A DNA stretch of 61,282 nt, counting the filler. It is 10 parts of 10 records of this genome, joined end to end, with 100 filler letters (N's around TTAATTAATTAA, not from the genome) between each part and the next. Parts side by side here need not be neighbours in the genome. Positions count along the whole stretch, not along the records: positions 39,085 to 47,630 come from SRR7504441_274; positions 47,731 to 57,512 come from SRR7504441_278; 8 more parts are not named here. The stretch is one strand, 5' to 3'. Shown in pieces: positions 44,721-55,796 of this stretch. The notes beneath the pieces were generated by a model. It saw only the letters and a program-made list of their open reading frames with translations. It was not told the DNA's origin and ran no database searches. How positions within the stretch are numbered: position 1 is the stretch's first letter; every line of letters begins with the position of its first letter. The position numbers were made by a program, and so were the translations under genes.

Positions 44721-45581
44721 GTACCTGTGCGAGTGCCAGCAGGCGTTCAACACGCCGCTGCAGCTGCGCACCCATCGCAAGCGGTGCACCGCGATCCCCC
44801 CCGCAGCCGCACCCCCCCCGCAGCCCGCCCCCGCGGCCCCGCCCGCCCCCGCAGCGCCACCCGACCCTGCACCGGCCCCGGCCCAGGAGTCGCGGGCCGT
44901 CGTGCCGGCGCAAAAACCTGTGCCCGAGCGCAGCGCACAGCCGGCCGGGCAGCAGCCGGAAAACAGCAGCAGCCGACCGGGCGGCAATCTGCCGGACCTG
45001 AACAGTCCAGCTTGGAAGGCGCTGGAAGCACAGGCCCGCGAGCATACCCGGGAGAAGAATGTCCAGCAGAAGGCCGCGCTAAAGCACGCCCGGGACGTGC
45101 GCGAGAAGGAGGCGGCGCAGGGCGCGCCCAAGGTGAGCCTGATGCAGAGCATATGCGAGATGCTCGAGGTGCGCGAGATGACAAAGCGGGCTGGGACCAA
45201 ATACGAAACCTATGTGTACGATCCGGCCCGTCCGGACTATGCCGCCGCGATAGACGACTTGAGCGCGGTGCTGGAGCAGGCGCCCCTGATCAAGAACTAC
45301 GCCTACTTTGAGGAAGCGGTCGCGGCGCTGGTCGATGATGTGGTTCTGTACTTGAGTGCGAAGCACCCGGATTACAAGGTGAGCCTGCTTAGCATAGTGC
45401 AGGCTATGTACATGGTCTGACCATGAAGGCGCAGGGCGGCCGACCACCCAAGCCTCTAGTGCGGGCACTGAGGCTGCTGCATGGCACGAAAGGCTACTCG
45501 GCCACGCTCATTGCTTCGATGTGCGATAAAGGGCTTAACGAGGCGCAACGAGGGGCAATCCTAGGTAATGGGGCTAGCTAG
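44719..45581 (+). CDS. Hypothetical protein with N-terminal C2HC/C2H2-like finger and Pro/Ala linker
   Basis: MYLCECQQAFNTPLQLRTHRKRC. A probable intron follows 45414. Confidence 0.55.
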
Positions 45582-45737
45582 CGAAATGTTTTCCGGTTAT
45601 ACATGTGGCCTAGGCTCGATTTCACGAATAAAGGTATCTATATCTAGCCAGCTGAATCATTTTTCTTGTCGACACCCCATAAAAGGTTAGTTAACTAGTA
45701 AAACGGGTTATGCGCCTTCTCAATATCCTGTTGGCAG

Positions 45738-47154
45738 CTACCACAAACGAAACCACGTCCACCACCACTCATACCTGCAGCTCCCGGCATGTAAGTACCA
45801 CATTGGGCGCATGACGACTCTGCCCTTTTTCTCTCTCTCTCCCGCCTTTCTCTCTCTGCTCGCTCTCTCCTCTCTTGCTGTTCCCGCCTTTGTCTCTCTT
45901 CCTCTTCTCGCTTTCTTGCTCCTCAAGCGCATTTCGGTGCAGAGCAAGCGGACAGCAGGTACCTCCGACGCATTGAGGCACAAACAGGAATGCTCCAAGG
46001 TGAAAACAGCCCTCAATTGTCACTGGCTCATGCACACGTATCTTCTTTATTGTGCATGCCTCGCAGCCGATGCACGCTGCTCCATCTTTTGAAATACGAG
46101 AACAAAACGGAATCACCTGCTTTTGCACGTGCCGAAACCGTGCTCTGGCAAGTTTTCGATTTCCGGAAGGCCAACCGACGACTCTGACCTCACAGCTGAG
46201 GTGAGACTGATCTTTCAGACTGTCGCATGTACTGAGGCAACTTCAAGCCAAATAGTGGCAATGCTACGAGGTGAAAATCTTAATGGAATGAGCTGGGCCC
46301 CGGCATTTGGCCAAGGGATGATGCGTTCTGTCAAGTGGTGGCACTCGTTGCTAGTTGGCCTACAGCCCCGATGGCTTGAAGCAAATGCAGCCACTGGATG
46401 TCTCCAACTGACACAGGTTGCCACGCGTGTTGTGAAGCAGCGGAAAACTAGCTTTTTTGAGTTTATTAGCCAACGGCAAAGTGCTGATGACTTCGAGTCC
46501 CATGGACCGAAAAGACTCGATCCACTCGTGCTGGGTCACAAAGCCATTATGCTGGCGGTCCATCTCCCAAAACAATGCCTTGGCCGAACGGCTCTTGTGC
46601 CGGATAGCCAGTTTGGAGAAAACTAGTTCGCAGGTGGCCTGCTCCAACAGCTCGTCTCGAAGTTCCCTGATTCGCTGGTGCGAGGGATGCCAAGGAGTCA
46701 TCTTGAGCGGCTCGAACGAGCTCACCCAAAAGTTCGGCGCCTTGATCCACGCCTCTCTGCTCGCGCCGTCGTCATAGCAGCTAGCAAAGTTGGTCAGCCG
46801 TGCTTCGGTCGGGAGCGGGGTGGCCGCCACCCCGAGTAGAGTCTTGGCATCCGCGGCGCGCTGACAGACCGCAGCACTGGCACACGGTTGCTCTGCCATA
46901 GCTACACAGCCCTGGAGCATCTGCCGATACCGATACGGAACGCTGCCGCGCTGGGGGCTGCTTACGGCCAGTTGGCTCCTGCTCAGGCTGTTCTGATACT
47001 CGGTGTCGGCCAGCCGGACAGTTTCCAAGTCCGGGTTGGCGGCGGTACCGTAGCTCGCGCTCCGCCAGTCCTCCGGCACGGTCTGGTCGCTCCTGCCCGA
47101 GAGCGCCGAGCGAGACCTCATTGGGCTCCCCTGCCAATGGCAGGTTGTCGACAT
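45738..47154 (-). CDS. Hypothetical EF-hand-containing protein, multi-exon (3' end uncertain)
   Basis: LFWEMDRQHNGFVTQHEW loop. Confidence 0.45.
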
Positions 47155-47254
47155 CGACAGTTATCCACAGAAATAGGTCGTCCGTTGGGAACGTTGCGGC
47201 AGGGCGATTCTATCGAAGCGCCGGGCTGAGCGCCGAAATCGCCCTGTATGAAGG

Positions 47255-47630
47255 ATGAAGCTTGAGGGGCCGATGAAGAAGGATGTGGGCGTCGAGCCGA
47301 CGCAGGATGCTTTTTCTATCCAGATGGTCGGAGTGCCTCCCCACCAGGGCGAGACAGGAGTGACGGTGCGGCCATCCGCCGGTGAGTTTCTAAGCTCGAG
47401 CCGGCACACAAGGTGCATGCGGAGGCGGACCAGTCGCCCCCTGCGGCGCCGACCGATCCCCCGTTGTTCGCCTGGTCAAATGTTTCGGTACTCACCAACG
47501 ACGACGTGCAGCTGCTGCAAGACATCACCGGGTGCCGCCGCCGTCGAGCTGTCTCAGGGGCTGGCGCAGGTACGTGCACCGGGGAAAGATGCTCGGGATC
47601 CTCGGAAGCAGCGGCAGCGGCAAGACCACC
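47255..47630 (+). CDS. ABCG-type transporter, 5' fragment
   Basis: Spliced FAWSNVSV..LLQDITG|YVHRGKMLGILGSSGSGKTT (Walker A) at the contig end. Confidence 0.8.
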
Positions 47631-47730
47631 NNNNNNNNNNNNNNNNNNNNNNNNNNNNNNNNNNNNNNNNNNNNTTAATTAATTAANNNNNNNNNNNNNN
47701 NNNNNNNNNNNNNNNNNNNNNNNNNNNNNN
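47631..47730. other. Artificial contig linker
   Basis: N44-TTAATTAATTAA-N44. Confidence 0.98.
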
Positions 47731-48437
47731 CTGGCTAAGTTGTACGTGGAAGACCAGGGCCGCGCCACCTGCAGTGTGCAGCATGGGGTTGCCGACACTG
47801 CCCGTAGGATCATCTCCCGGTTTAAGCAGTTCGCTTACCTTCGCAAAAATGAGGATATGTGGAGCTTCGTTCCACACTACCCTTATCCGCCGCCAGGCCG
47901 ACGCTGGGCAGTTGGGATGCAGGTGGCTTGCTGCTCTGCTAGTGCTGACTGTTGGTCAGGCCGGTGGCTCGGCGAACACCCGTCAGGTGATTGACAAGGA
48001 AATGGATGTCAAGGAAGCCGAAAAGGTGCCGAGCTCGCTGCAGCGTACATTCTTTGGCTGATAAATCTGTGCTGGTCCAGATTGCTTTAGTCAAAGCTGA
48101 TGAACTCTACCAAGAAGTTAAGGATCGTGACGGAATTAGTTATCCGCTCGACAAAATTGGACGGCAGCATTACGTAGACAGTACCGGCAAGCAAAATGAT
48201 AGGCTCACCATCCAACAAGAACAGCGAGTGGAGGGCACATGCGCTCTTTGTGAGTGCTACACCAATGTACACCATGCGGTAATTGCTGACGACGAGCTGC
48301 ACGAAAGCGATTCTCTTGAAAAAGATGCACAGCACCTACGCGAACTTGCAAGTTCAAATCGAGCACGAGAGCAGAGTGAAAAACCATGTGATTCACCGTG
48401 CTGCGACGAAAAACCTTCAATAGTACAAATAATCTAG
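47731..48437 (+). CDS. 3' part of a hypothetical protein, multi-exon
   Basis: Three ORF pieces joined by short GT-AG introns. Confidence 0.45.
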
Positions 48438-48580
48438 CAAATTACAGCACATGGTAATGGTAGCGAAGATTACAGCTAGATTACACTCATTACAAACTCA
48501 TTACAGCACATGATAATAATTCTAGCTAGAATTTGAAGTTTTAAATGGACAATGCTGGAATCTCCGGGCCTTTACGTACT

Positions 48581-49826
48581 TTAAGTTCGAGCCAATTTCA
48601 TTAGCTCCGTATTCACGCTCTCACGGATCTTCGAGAATGAGCATTCATTGGTACTTGCAGACAACCCATTGATCGGCATTTCATCAGTCGCATTGAGTAA
48701 CCCGCATGGTATGTCAGCAAGGTGTGGCTGCCAGCTCGGTTCATCCTGTGGTTCAGCCGGAGCTGTGGGCTTGAGTCGTTCCAGCTCTGCCCTCAATAGC
48801 TCCACGGTGCAGTCTTTCTGGCGAATCATCTCTAAATACCTGCCATTGGCTGAGCGTCTGGACAGTCAGCGCTCCAGTCACTGGCTATCAATCCTAGTGA
48901 GTTCTGTCTCCATTTTAGCGATCAGCTCAGCGTTTTGCTGCCGAGACGCATCTCGTTCGTCTGCCAGTGGCTCAGGCGGGGTCAGGCCGGCCCGCACCGC
49001 GATACTGCTCGGCCTGGCTCCGCAGGCTGTCCATCTCACCTGCCTGCTGGTTGTTGAGCGCCCTCAGCTGCTCCAGCTCGGACACCAGCAGCTCCTGCCT
49101 GCCCGTCAGCCAACCCCTCGCATGGCGAGCACGCCTCGCGTTGTCTGGCGGGGGCTTGCCGCTCGCTGTTGTCTGTCGCTGAGATCCCGGAGAGCAGTCG
49201 CGCGTGCTCTTGCTCCAGCTGGCCGGCCGAGGCCCGCTTGGCGTCCAGCTGACCACACGCGTGCTCACGCGCCTCAGCTGCCAGACCGGTTGGACTCAGC
49301 TCAGGGCTGGGGCACCGAGTGAGTGCAGCTGGGCCTGGAGCAGCTGCAGCCGCACTGGGTCAGACTCCTGCTGCACCCGCGAGTGCTTGTCCTCAATGTC
49401 GCAGTCGAGCACCCCGATCCGCTGCTGGATTGTGCGCGCGGCCGCTTCGGCCCGGCGCTGGTTGGCCAACACCCTGGCGGCCTGCCAGCGGCTCAGCTGG
49501 GCACCGGGCTCGGGCGCCTCCTGGGTGCAGATCGTCCTCGCGTCACCGCACCGCTGGCTTGGGGCCGGACCCCGCAGATGCAGATCACCGCTGGTTGTCG
49601 CCTCGGCCGCCCGGACCGGCCGGCCGGCCGACGGCGTTTCTCGCCGCTTGGACGGGAGGGCTGGTTCTGCACAGAAGTCAGCGGCAGCCCGGGCCAAAGG
49701 GTCACTGTTCACGTCGCGCGCGCGCAGTGGCCGGGAATGCGCCTTTCCCTTGGTGTGTCGGGCGATGGCTCCTGAGAGCTGCCCGACCTGCCCGAGCAGA
49801 TGCCCAATGTCGCCGTGATCCACCAT
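48581..49826 (-). CDS. Hypothetical coiled-coil protein, multi-exon
   Basis: Helical exons (ELLVSELEQLRAL, VELLRAELERL) with short introns. Confidence 0.45.
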
Positions 49827-50117
49827 TTGCTCCTTCAGGCCGACGTGTCCATGTAATTTGAGATCGTAGGAATTTCGTTTGCAACGGACTTCGACGAAAC
49901 TGACCTGTTGAGACACGTTGAGAGGTACAGCCGTTGTCTGTTGTCTAAGTAGCCAAGTGGTTCAAAATTCATGAATCTCACTAGACGCATCTACCGAGCC
50001 TGTAGCTTATGGCTAGCCTCTCCTTCGCGTAATCGTTACTGACTCTGAGCCAGCTCTGGATAAGCTTTGGAAACACTAGTGCTCAACTTTAAGCTTATAA
50101 CAATTAGTGTGTTAGTC

Positions 50118-51150
50118 TCAACAAGCATCACGGAAATCAAGAATCATGCCCTTTAAAGTGTGGTTGGGGATGAGCATGTGGCTCTCAAGCCTGAGCCCTG
50201 TCTTGGGCGACACCTTCCCGCCCATCTCACAAGCTCAGAGCCGGCTCACCCACCTCTGAAGTGCTCAACCATTTCTCTATGGCGGCTCTTTCATAGCTGT
50301 GCCCGTCCGCAGCGATCACCGGGTCCTGCCCCCGGGCTCAGGCGCGCCGGCCGGTCCACCACCTGCATTACTTCGAGGGTTATGGGGCACAAGAACCCAT
50401 CCGGCGGCTCCTCTGAATCCGGCCCGCGGGCCGCGCTTGGTGCGGGGGACGCCATCGGGGCCGCTAGATAGTCGGGCAGGGCTGGGGGCTCGTAGCCGGA
50501 GGGCCCGTGCACAGGCTGTTGGCTGACTTGGCTCGGCGGGGCTGGCGGCGGCGGTGGCTGGCCATAGAACGCTTTCAACTCAGCCCGGGATGCCTGCCGG
50601 CGGGCGCTGCTGTCCGATCCGCGGCTCGCCTGCCAATCGATGCTGCGGCCCACTGGTGCCGGCCCATCCTGCCCGGCTGGTTTGGGCCGGCTTAGGAGCG
50701 AAGTGGCCCGGAGCCGATCGAGCAGCTGCCCCCGGCTAGCCCGGCAAAAGGCCAGCCAGCCACCGCATCGGTGGTCACAGGCGGACTGAGCGTTCGGAGT
50801 GCGGCTCGCGCCACCTGCTCGCTGAAGCCCTCGGCGGCCGCCGCAGCCAGCAGAGAGTCCGGCCCGGCGAGCTCGGCCGCGATCAGCTCGTCGGAGAGCT
50901 CCGCCTCCCGGGCCAGCTCGTGCACCGTCTCGGCCAGCAGAACCGCCGGGTCCGGCCTCGGCTCGTCCGGCTGGGTGCGGTTGGGGGCCCAGCGCGGGGG
51001 TGCGTAGTCCAGCCGCTGGGCAGGCTGGGCCTGCCTGTGCTGAGCCAGCCGGGCCTGCAGACGGCTCCTGGCTGCGGCCACCTCGCTGTCGCTGGCCGGG
51101 GGCTGCTTGCCGCTGGACGACTCCTCGTCCTTGCTGCCCCCATTGCCCAT
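50118..51150 (-). CDS. U-box E3 ligase with UBA-like segment and N-myristoylation motif (MGNGGSK)
   Basis: Spliced PPDGFLCPITLEVMQ|DPVIAADGHSYERAAIEKWLSTSE|VSPKTG..LIPNHTLKGMI. Confidence 0.85.
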
Positions 51151-51242
51151 CACATCGGCGGCTCCCAGCAACACCCTGGCAGGCAGCCCGATCGTAACGG
51201 AAAGGAAGGTACCTGGGTTGCCTTGAAGGGTGGCGTGTTGAC

Positions 51243-52010
51243 ATGGAGGAGAGCCTGGCACCGTCGGGCGAGAGCCTGATCGAGCGCGGGGTATTCTACG
51301 CCGGCATCTTCCGGCCGGGCAGCCCCGACGCGCCGGAGCTGCTCTCGGAGATCGAGCTCAAGCCAGAGACCCACCGGCCAGCCGCGGAGCTGGTCCGGCA
51401 GGAGCAGCAGCGCAACCCTGGCCTGGTGCCCACCCCCAGTCTGCTCGGCCTGACCGGGGGCTGCCAGGCGACCAGCAAGAGCATTGCCTGTTTGGCGATG
51501 GAGCGCTGCAGCTGCTTTTTCAAAGTGGAGGCGCGGATGATCTTTGTGGCGATAGTGGACGACCAGGAGTTTGGGGCACGGAGAGCCAACGCGATGCTGG
51601 ACGAGATCTGCAGCAAGTTCAAGGTCAGATTCCAGGGCTCTGGCCACGACCAAGACACCCGAAAGTTCGACGCGAGTTTGAGGGCCGATGCCGAGTACTA
51701 TTCGGATGCAAGGAACAGCGTGAGCAGTAAGGAAGCCCAGCTGGAGGGGAAGATCAACGAGCTGAAGCAGTCGGCGCTGGACTCGGTCACGCTGGAGGTG
51801 GAGCGGCACGCCAGGATAGACCTGGTGGCAGAGACCTCGGAAGATCTGGTGGCGAGCACGACTAAATTCAATCAGACCGCCAGATCAATGCGCTGGAGCA
51901 TGTTTTGGAAGAACATCAAGTGCTGGTTAGCGGTTGGCGGGGGGCTGACAGTGGTATTGATCGTTCTATTGTTGGTTCTCTGTGATCCGAACTTTAGTAA
52001 ATGCAAGTAA
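51243..52010 (+). CDS. VAMP7: Longin R-SNARE (VAMP7-like), intronless
   Basis: Longin-type N-terminus, VERHARIDLV R-SNARE helix, MFWKNIK and C-terminal TM. Confidence 0.82.
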   Translation: MEESLAPSGESLIERGVFYAGIFRPGSPDAPELLSEIELKPETHRPAAELVRQEQQRNPGLVPTPSLLGLTGGCQATSKSIACLAMERCSCFFKVEARMIFVAIVDDQEFGARRANAMLDEICSKFKVRFQGSGHDQDTRKFDASLRADAEYYSDARNSVSSKEAQLEGKINELKQSALDSVTLEVERHARIDLVAETSEDLVASTTKFNQTARSMRWSMFWKNIKCWLAVGGGLTVVLIVLLLVLCDPNFSKCK

Positions 52011-52046
52011 ATCACACATGTTTATGTGCAGCCTATTAATTATTGC

Positions 52047-52904
52047 TCATTGCATAACGCAAGCGTGGCATACAGCCTGCGTCTCGCCTTTGAGCACCGG
52101 TGGAGCGGAGGTTGGATGTTCAATGCGATCGCCTTGGGCTAGACTGGACTGCCAGAGCGCACGTTTCTCATCCAAGCTCGCCTGGGTCTCGAACCCTTGC
52201 ATGATTCGCATTAATCGCCGTTGGGCGTCCTCTCCTACCAGCTGCTCCACGAGCCTGTTCAATGGGTTATTCGCCTCAAAGTTTTGTCGCAACAACGCAT
52301 CGCGCCACTCCAGCTCGCGTGACGGCGGCTCCAGCGCGGCCGCAGAGACCATCCGCAGCCAGCAGTCGACCATAAGCCGGAGCTTGCCGGCCACCTGCGC
52401 GTCCATCACCTGCTCGGAGCACTGACCGCACTGGGCCACCGGCGACAGAGTACTACGATAGAAAAGCGAGCCGTCGCCCACAAACGTGGGCGCGATCCCG
52501 GGCTGATGCCGCAGTTCGAGCGCCACCGGATTTAGCTCGTCGAACCAGTCCAGGTGCCGCGGGTGGGTGGCTAGGTCCCAGCGCGGGATCAGATCTGCGC
52601 AGAAAGAGACAGCCCCGGCTGGCTGATGGCTGATGGCTAGCCGGAGGCTGGGCGCTTGGATGGCGGCGCCGCACCAGCCCATCAGTCGCATCAGCGTTTG
52701 CTGCGGCTTCTGGACTTTCAACGCCACGAACCAGCCGATTCTGCTGTCCCTGGTGCGCCGGACTCGGATGGTGCCCGCCTGGGCTCCCGCGGCGTCGGTG
52801 ATGGCCCCATCCAGCGGCAGCTCCGGCCGCATGACGTCCACCAGCCGGAGCTGGCCGCTGATCCGATCCACCAGCTCGTGGTACACCGCCTCCGTCTTGG
52901 CCAT
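52047..52904 (-). CDS. Red chlorophyll catabolite reductase-like (ferredoxin-dependent bilin reductase fold), intronless
   Basis: ADLIPRWDLATHPRHLD, SLFYRSTLSPVA, VDCWL and RDALLR..LVG resemble RCCR motifs. Confidence 0.68.
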   Translation of the reverse strand: MAKTEAVYHELVDRISGQLRLVDVMRPELPLDGAITDAAGAQAGTIRVRRTRDSRIGWFVALKVQKPQQTLMRLMGWCGAAIQAPSLRLAISHQPAGAVSFCADLIPRWDLATHPRHLDWFDELNPVALELRHQPGIAPTFVGDGSLFYRSTLSPVAQCGQCSEQVMDAQVAGKLRLMVDCWLRMVSAAALEPPSRELEWRDALLRQNFEANNPLNRLVEQLVGEDAQRRLMRIMQGFETQASLDEKRALWQSSLAQGDRIEHPTSAPPVLKGETQAVCHACVMQ

Positions 52905-52981
52905 GCCCTCGAGCACCACAGTGATTCGGTCCGAGGACCAAGGTGCCGCCGGCTCCTTTTTCCGTTATTACTGAACTGTCA

Positions 52982-54323
52982 ATGGCTACTGCTGCAGGGG
53001 GTGAGGAGGAGGCGCTGGTGGGAGCGTTCAAGGAGGCTCTGGAGGAGGCCGAGGAGGTGGCAACTGCGGAGGCGCCCGCAGCGCCAGAGGAGGCTGCCGT
53101 CCACGAGGAGGCGGCAGAGCAGGCCGTGGAGCAGGCCGCAGAGCCGGGTGCCAAGGAGGACACTGAAAAGCCTGCCACGGAAGTCGCTGCCGACGACGAG
53201 CGTGGATCCGACCCCATGTGCCTCGCATCATAGTCAACTGCACATCAGCTGACATATCATGGGGGGCAGGTACGACTGTCGCAAGTGTGCGGTGTGCACC
53301 TTTCCTGTTATCTTCCAGTAAACTGAGTCCCAAGCCCTGCCTCAGCGTGCTCTCCTAACCCACTGACCGCCGTGGACTGGGCAGATGCACGTGGACGAGA
53401 TAGCCAGCTTCTGGTGCCCCGAAGAGAAACAGCAAGCCTGTGCACTCTGCTACACCAAGAAGGGGGATTTCGAAGGGCTGACGAAGCGACCGATCTGGGA
53501 CGCGTACGATGCTGCTAAGGTATGTGCAGCTTGGCTACTTCTCGAAAGTGGGTCCAGGACGAGCTGGGAGGGAAACTCGAGCAGGCCGAACAGACCCGTG
53601 ATGCCATTGAAAAGGCTCTATCAAACTTCCCTAATGCAAAAGACAGTATTTTGCAAGAGAGTGGTACGAAGACTGAGGAGTTAAAGGCATCGGTGCGGCC
53701 ACACAATGGCGACCACGTGCTCATTACCCGCTGATGTTACAGTTTGCGAGCATCCGACAACTCATAGACCAGCAAGAGCAAGAGTGGATCACGGCGCTCC
53801 AGGAAGCGCAAGCACAGCGGTTGGCACAGCTTGCTGAGCAGATGGAATACCTCTCGTTGGTGCCAGCCATGTTACGGTTCCAGCTCGACTAGGCTGGTTG
53901 CAGGTCCGCAACAAGATTGATTCTCAGCATGCTGATGCCAGTGAGCTCCTATATGACAAACCGAGTGCCTGCCTTGTTCACCAGAATACAATTTACTGTA
54001 TGACAGTGTGCGATTTCATGAAACAAGTCGACACTGAGCTAACCACTACGGAGAAGACACTGGTTAAGGTGCTGAGCGCAGTTTGCTGTGTGCCATGGCT
54101 CAACGGTGCACACAGGCAAAGGCACAAGAGACAGAGCCACCATCTGGTGCAGTGTTTGACCATAGTCCAGATACCTCCGAAGTCCTTGCTGCCTTAAGGG
54201 GATTGGCTCCGGACCTTGCCAAGAATTCCATTAATAAGCAGGAAAAGGCATTGGCGACTGGAGCCCGTTCTCCTTCGCAAGGGCCAGCTACAAAAGCACA
54301 GCAGTCTGCACATCCTGGAGTGA
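52982..54323 (+). CDS. B-box-like zinc-binding + coiled-coil protein, multi-exon
   Basis: Acidic N-terminus, MHVDEIASFWCPEEKQQACALC, then coiled coil. Confidence 0.55.
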
Positions 54324-54339
54324 ACGGGGTCCAAAAAGG

Positions 54340-55683
54340 TCAAGGAGGGAACCCGCCTGCAGCTATCAGCGATAAATCCCGATGCTTGAAATGTGGACTA
54401 TACTTCCTCCAGGTCATGCGCAAATTTATGCTCTGCACTGATTTCTCGTTGCTAGTCGTGAGCGTGGATAGTAACTCGGCATTGGTAATTTTTTGATGCT
54501 CCAGCTCGAGCCGTGTCTCCCCGAGATCGTTCACTGCTGCATCCCGTTCTTGAGCTACTGCTTGAGCTACCTCTGTTGAATGTGCTACTTGAAACTGACT
54601 CTCCGTGAGCCTGGCAGAAGAAGTAGATCTCGCAAAACGGTGAAACAGATCACTGACTGATTGAAATTCCAGCATGGTTGCGATCCTCTCTACTGCCATT
54701 CGGCACAATGTAACTTTTTCCAATGTCCATTGCCTTTCCAAAGCTTTGTGCATCGCATGGATATGTTTGGTCCAATTGTGCCTCATAGCCTTGAACTTGC
54801 GGCATATCTCCACACTTATCATTCCATGAATGACTGACTTCAAATTATAAGTGGCTGCGCACAATTTAGCATCGGCAACTTGCTGACCTGATTCGCTGAG
54901 TGATGCCTCATGAGACTCTGCGAGCTGTTGAAGTTCAAGCTTCATTGCTTGCCTCAGATTCAATGCAGATGGACGCTTCAAGCACAGCAGCCTTTTGCTG
55001 CAAATCGGCTTGTTGTTGCAATTGTTCGAAGTGGGCATCAGAACCCGACGCGTTCTGCTTCGCCAACGCAGTAAAATTAGTTGCAGTTGCCCTGTGAGCT
55101 GATGGCACCGGTTTGCAGCATTCATGATGACGCAACCCATGATTGTGTGGTGAGCTTCACAGTTATACCGCCAAGATCGCACCGCTAATTGGGTGGAGCC
55201 CAGCGACAACTCGACTCGGTGCCGCCAACGCAGCACCGCAGTCTGCGTTGACAAAATAGCACGCACCAGCACCAGCCTCAGGACAACCAGCGGGAGACAC
55301 AGGTGCTGCACGCCACCAAGGCGCTCCATGAGTGACAGCATGGAGTCCGCGGCCTGGTGCAAGAGCACCTGGCTGTCTCTGAGCGCACTGCCGGGCTGGA
55401 CGCGCCTGGCACGTTTCCTGAGCCACTGCTCGATGGATTCGGTTATAAGCTCGGCAGAGCTGCACAGTGTGTCGGTCCCGAATGCTGTTGAGAACAGCGT
55501 GAAGCAACGGCCATCTCGGCGCAGGCCGTCACACCCTGGGGACTGAGGCGTCGGAAGCGCTGCCACCTGGCTCAGCTCGGAGGTCTCTTGGAGCTCGGCC
55601 TCCGAGCTGGGCCGGGTCTGGGGCGCCAGGCACTGGGAGACGGACAGCCTCCTGAGCCGGACGATCTGATCGTCGGTGCTCAT
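54340..55683 (-). CDS. Hypothetical coiled-coil protein
   Basis: Long open frame. ATG at 55683 (MSTDDQ). Confidence 0.45.
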   Translation of the reverse strand: MSTDDQIVRLRRLSVSQCLAPQTRPSSEAELQETSELSQVAALPTPQSPGCDGLRRDGRCFTLFSTAFGTDTLCSSAELITESIEQWLRKRARRVQPGSALRDSQVLLHQAADSMLSLMERLGGVQHLCLPLVVLRLVLVRAILSTQTAVLRWRHRVELSLGSTQLAVRSWRYNCEAHHTIMGCVIMNAANRCHQLTGQLQLILLRWRSRTRRVLMPTSNNCNNKPICSKRLLCLKRPSALNLRQAMKLELQQLAESHEASLSESGQQVADAKLCAATYNLKSVIHGMISVEICRKFKAMRHNWTKHIHAMHKALERQWTLEKVTLCRMAVERIATMLEFQSVSDLFHRFARSTSSARLTESQFQVAHSTEVAQAVAQERDAAVNDLGETRLELEHQKITNAELLSTLTTSNEKSVQSINLRMTWRKYSPHFKHRDLSLIAAGGFPP

Positions 55684-55796
55684 CGGCCGCCCCCGTGCCC
55701 AGGCGCTGCTGCACGTACCCCTGCAGCACCCTGCAGCTGGCAGCACAACTGGAATAACGGCCACAGGCAGCTGACTGCCGGCCGGGAACTGAAAGC

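Noticed and set aside
45820-45925. CT/GA-rich tract as a separate membrane-protein ORF
   Set aside because: Low-complexity sequence, more simply the antisense of an E/K/R-rich exon or a simple repeat.
54288-54496. Coding overlap between convergent genes
   Set aside because: Depends on ambiguous terminal intron choices and cannot be supported without transcripts.
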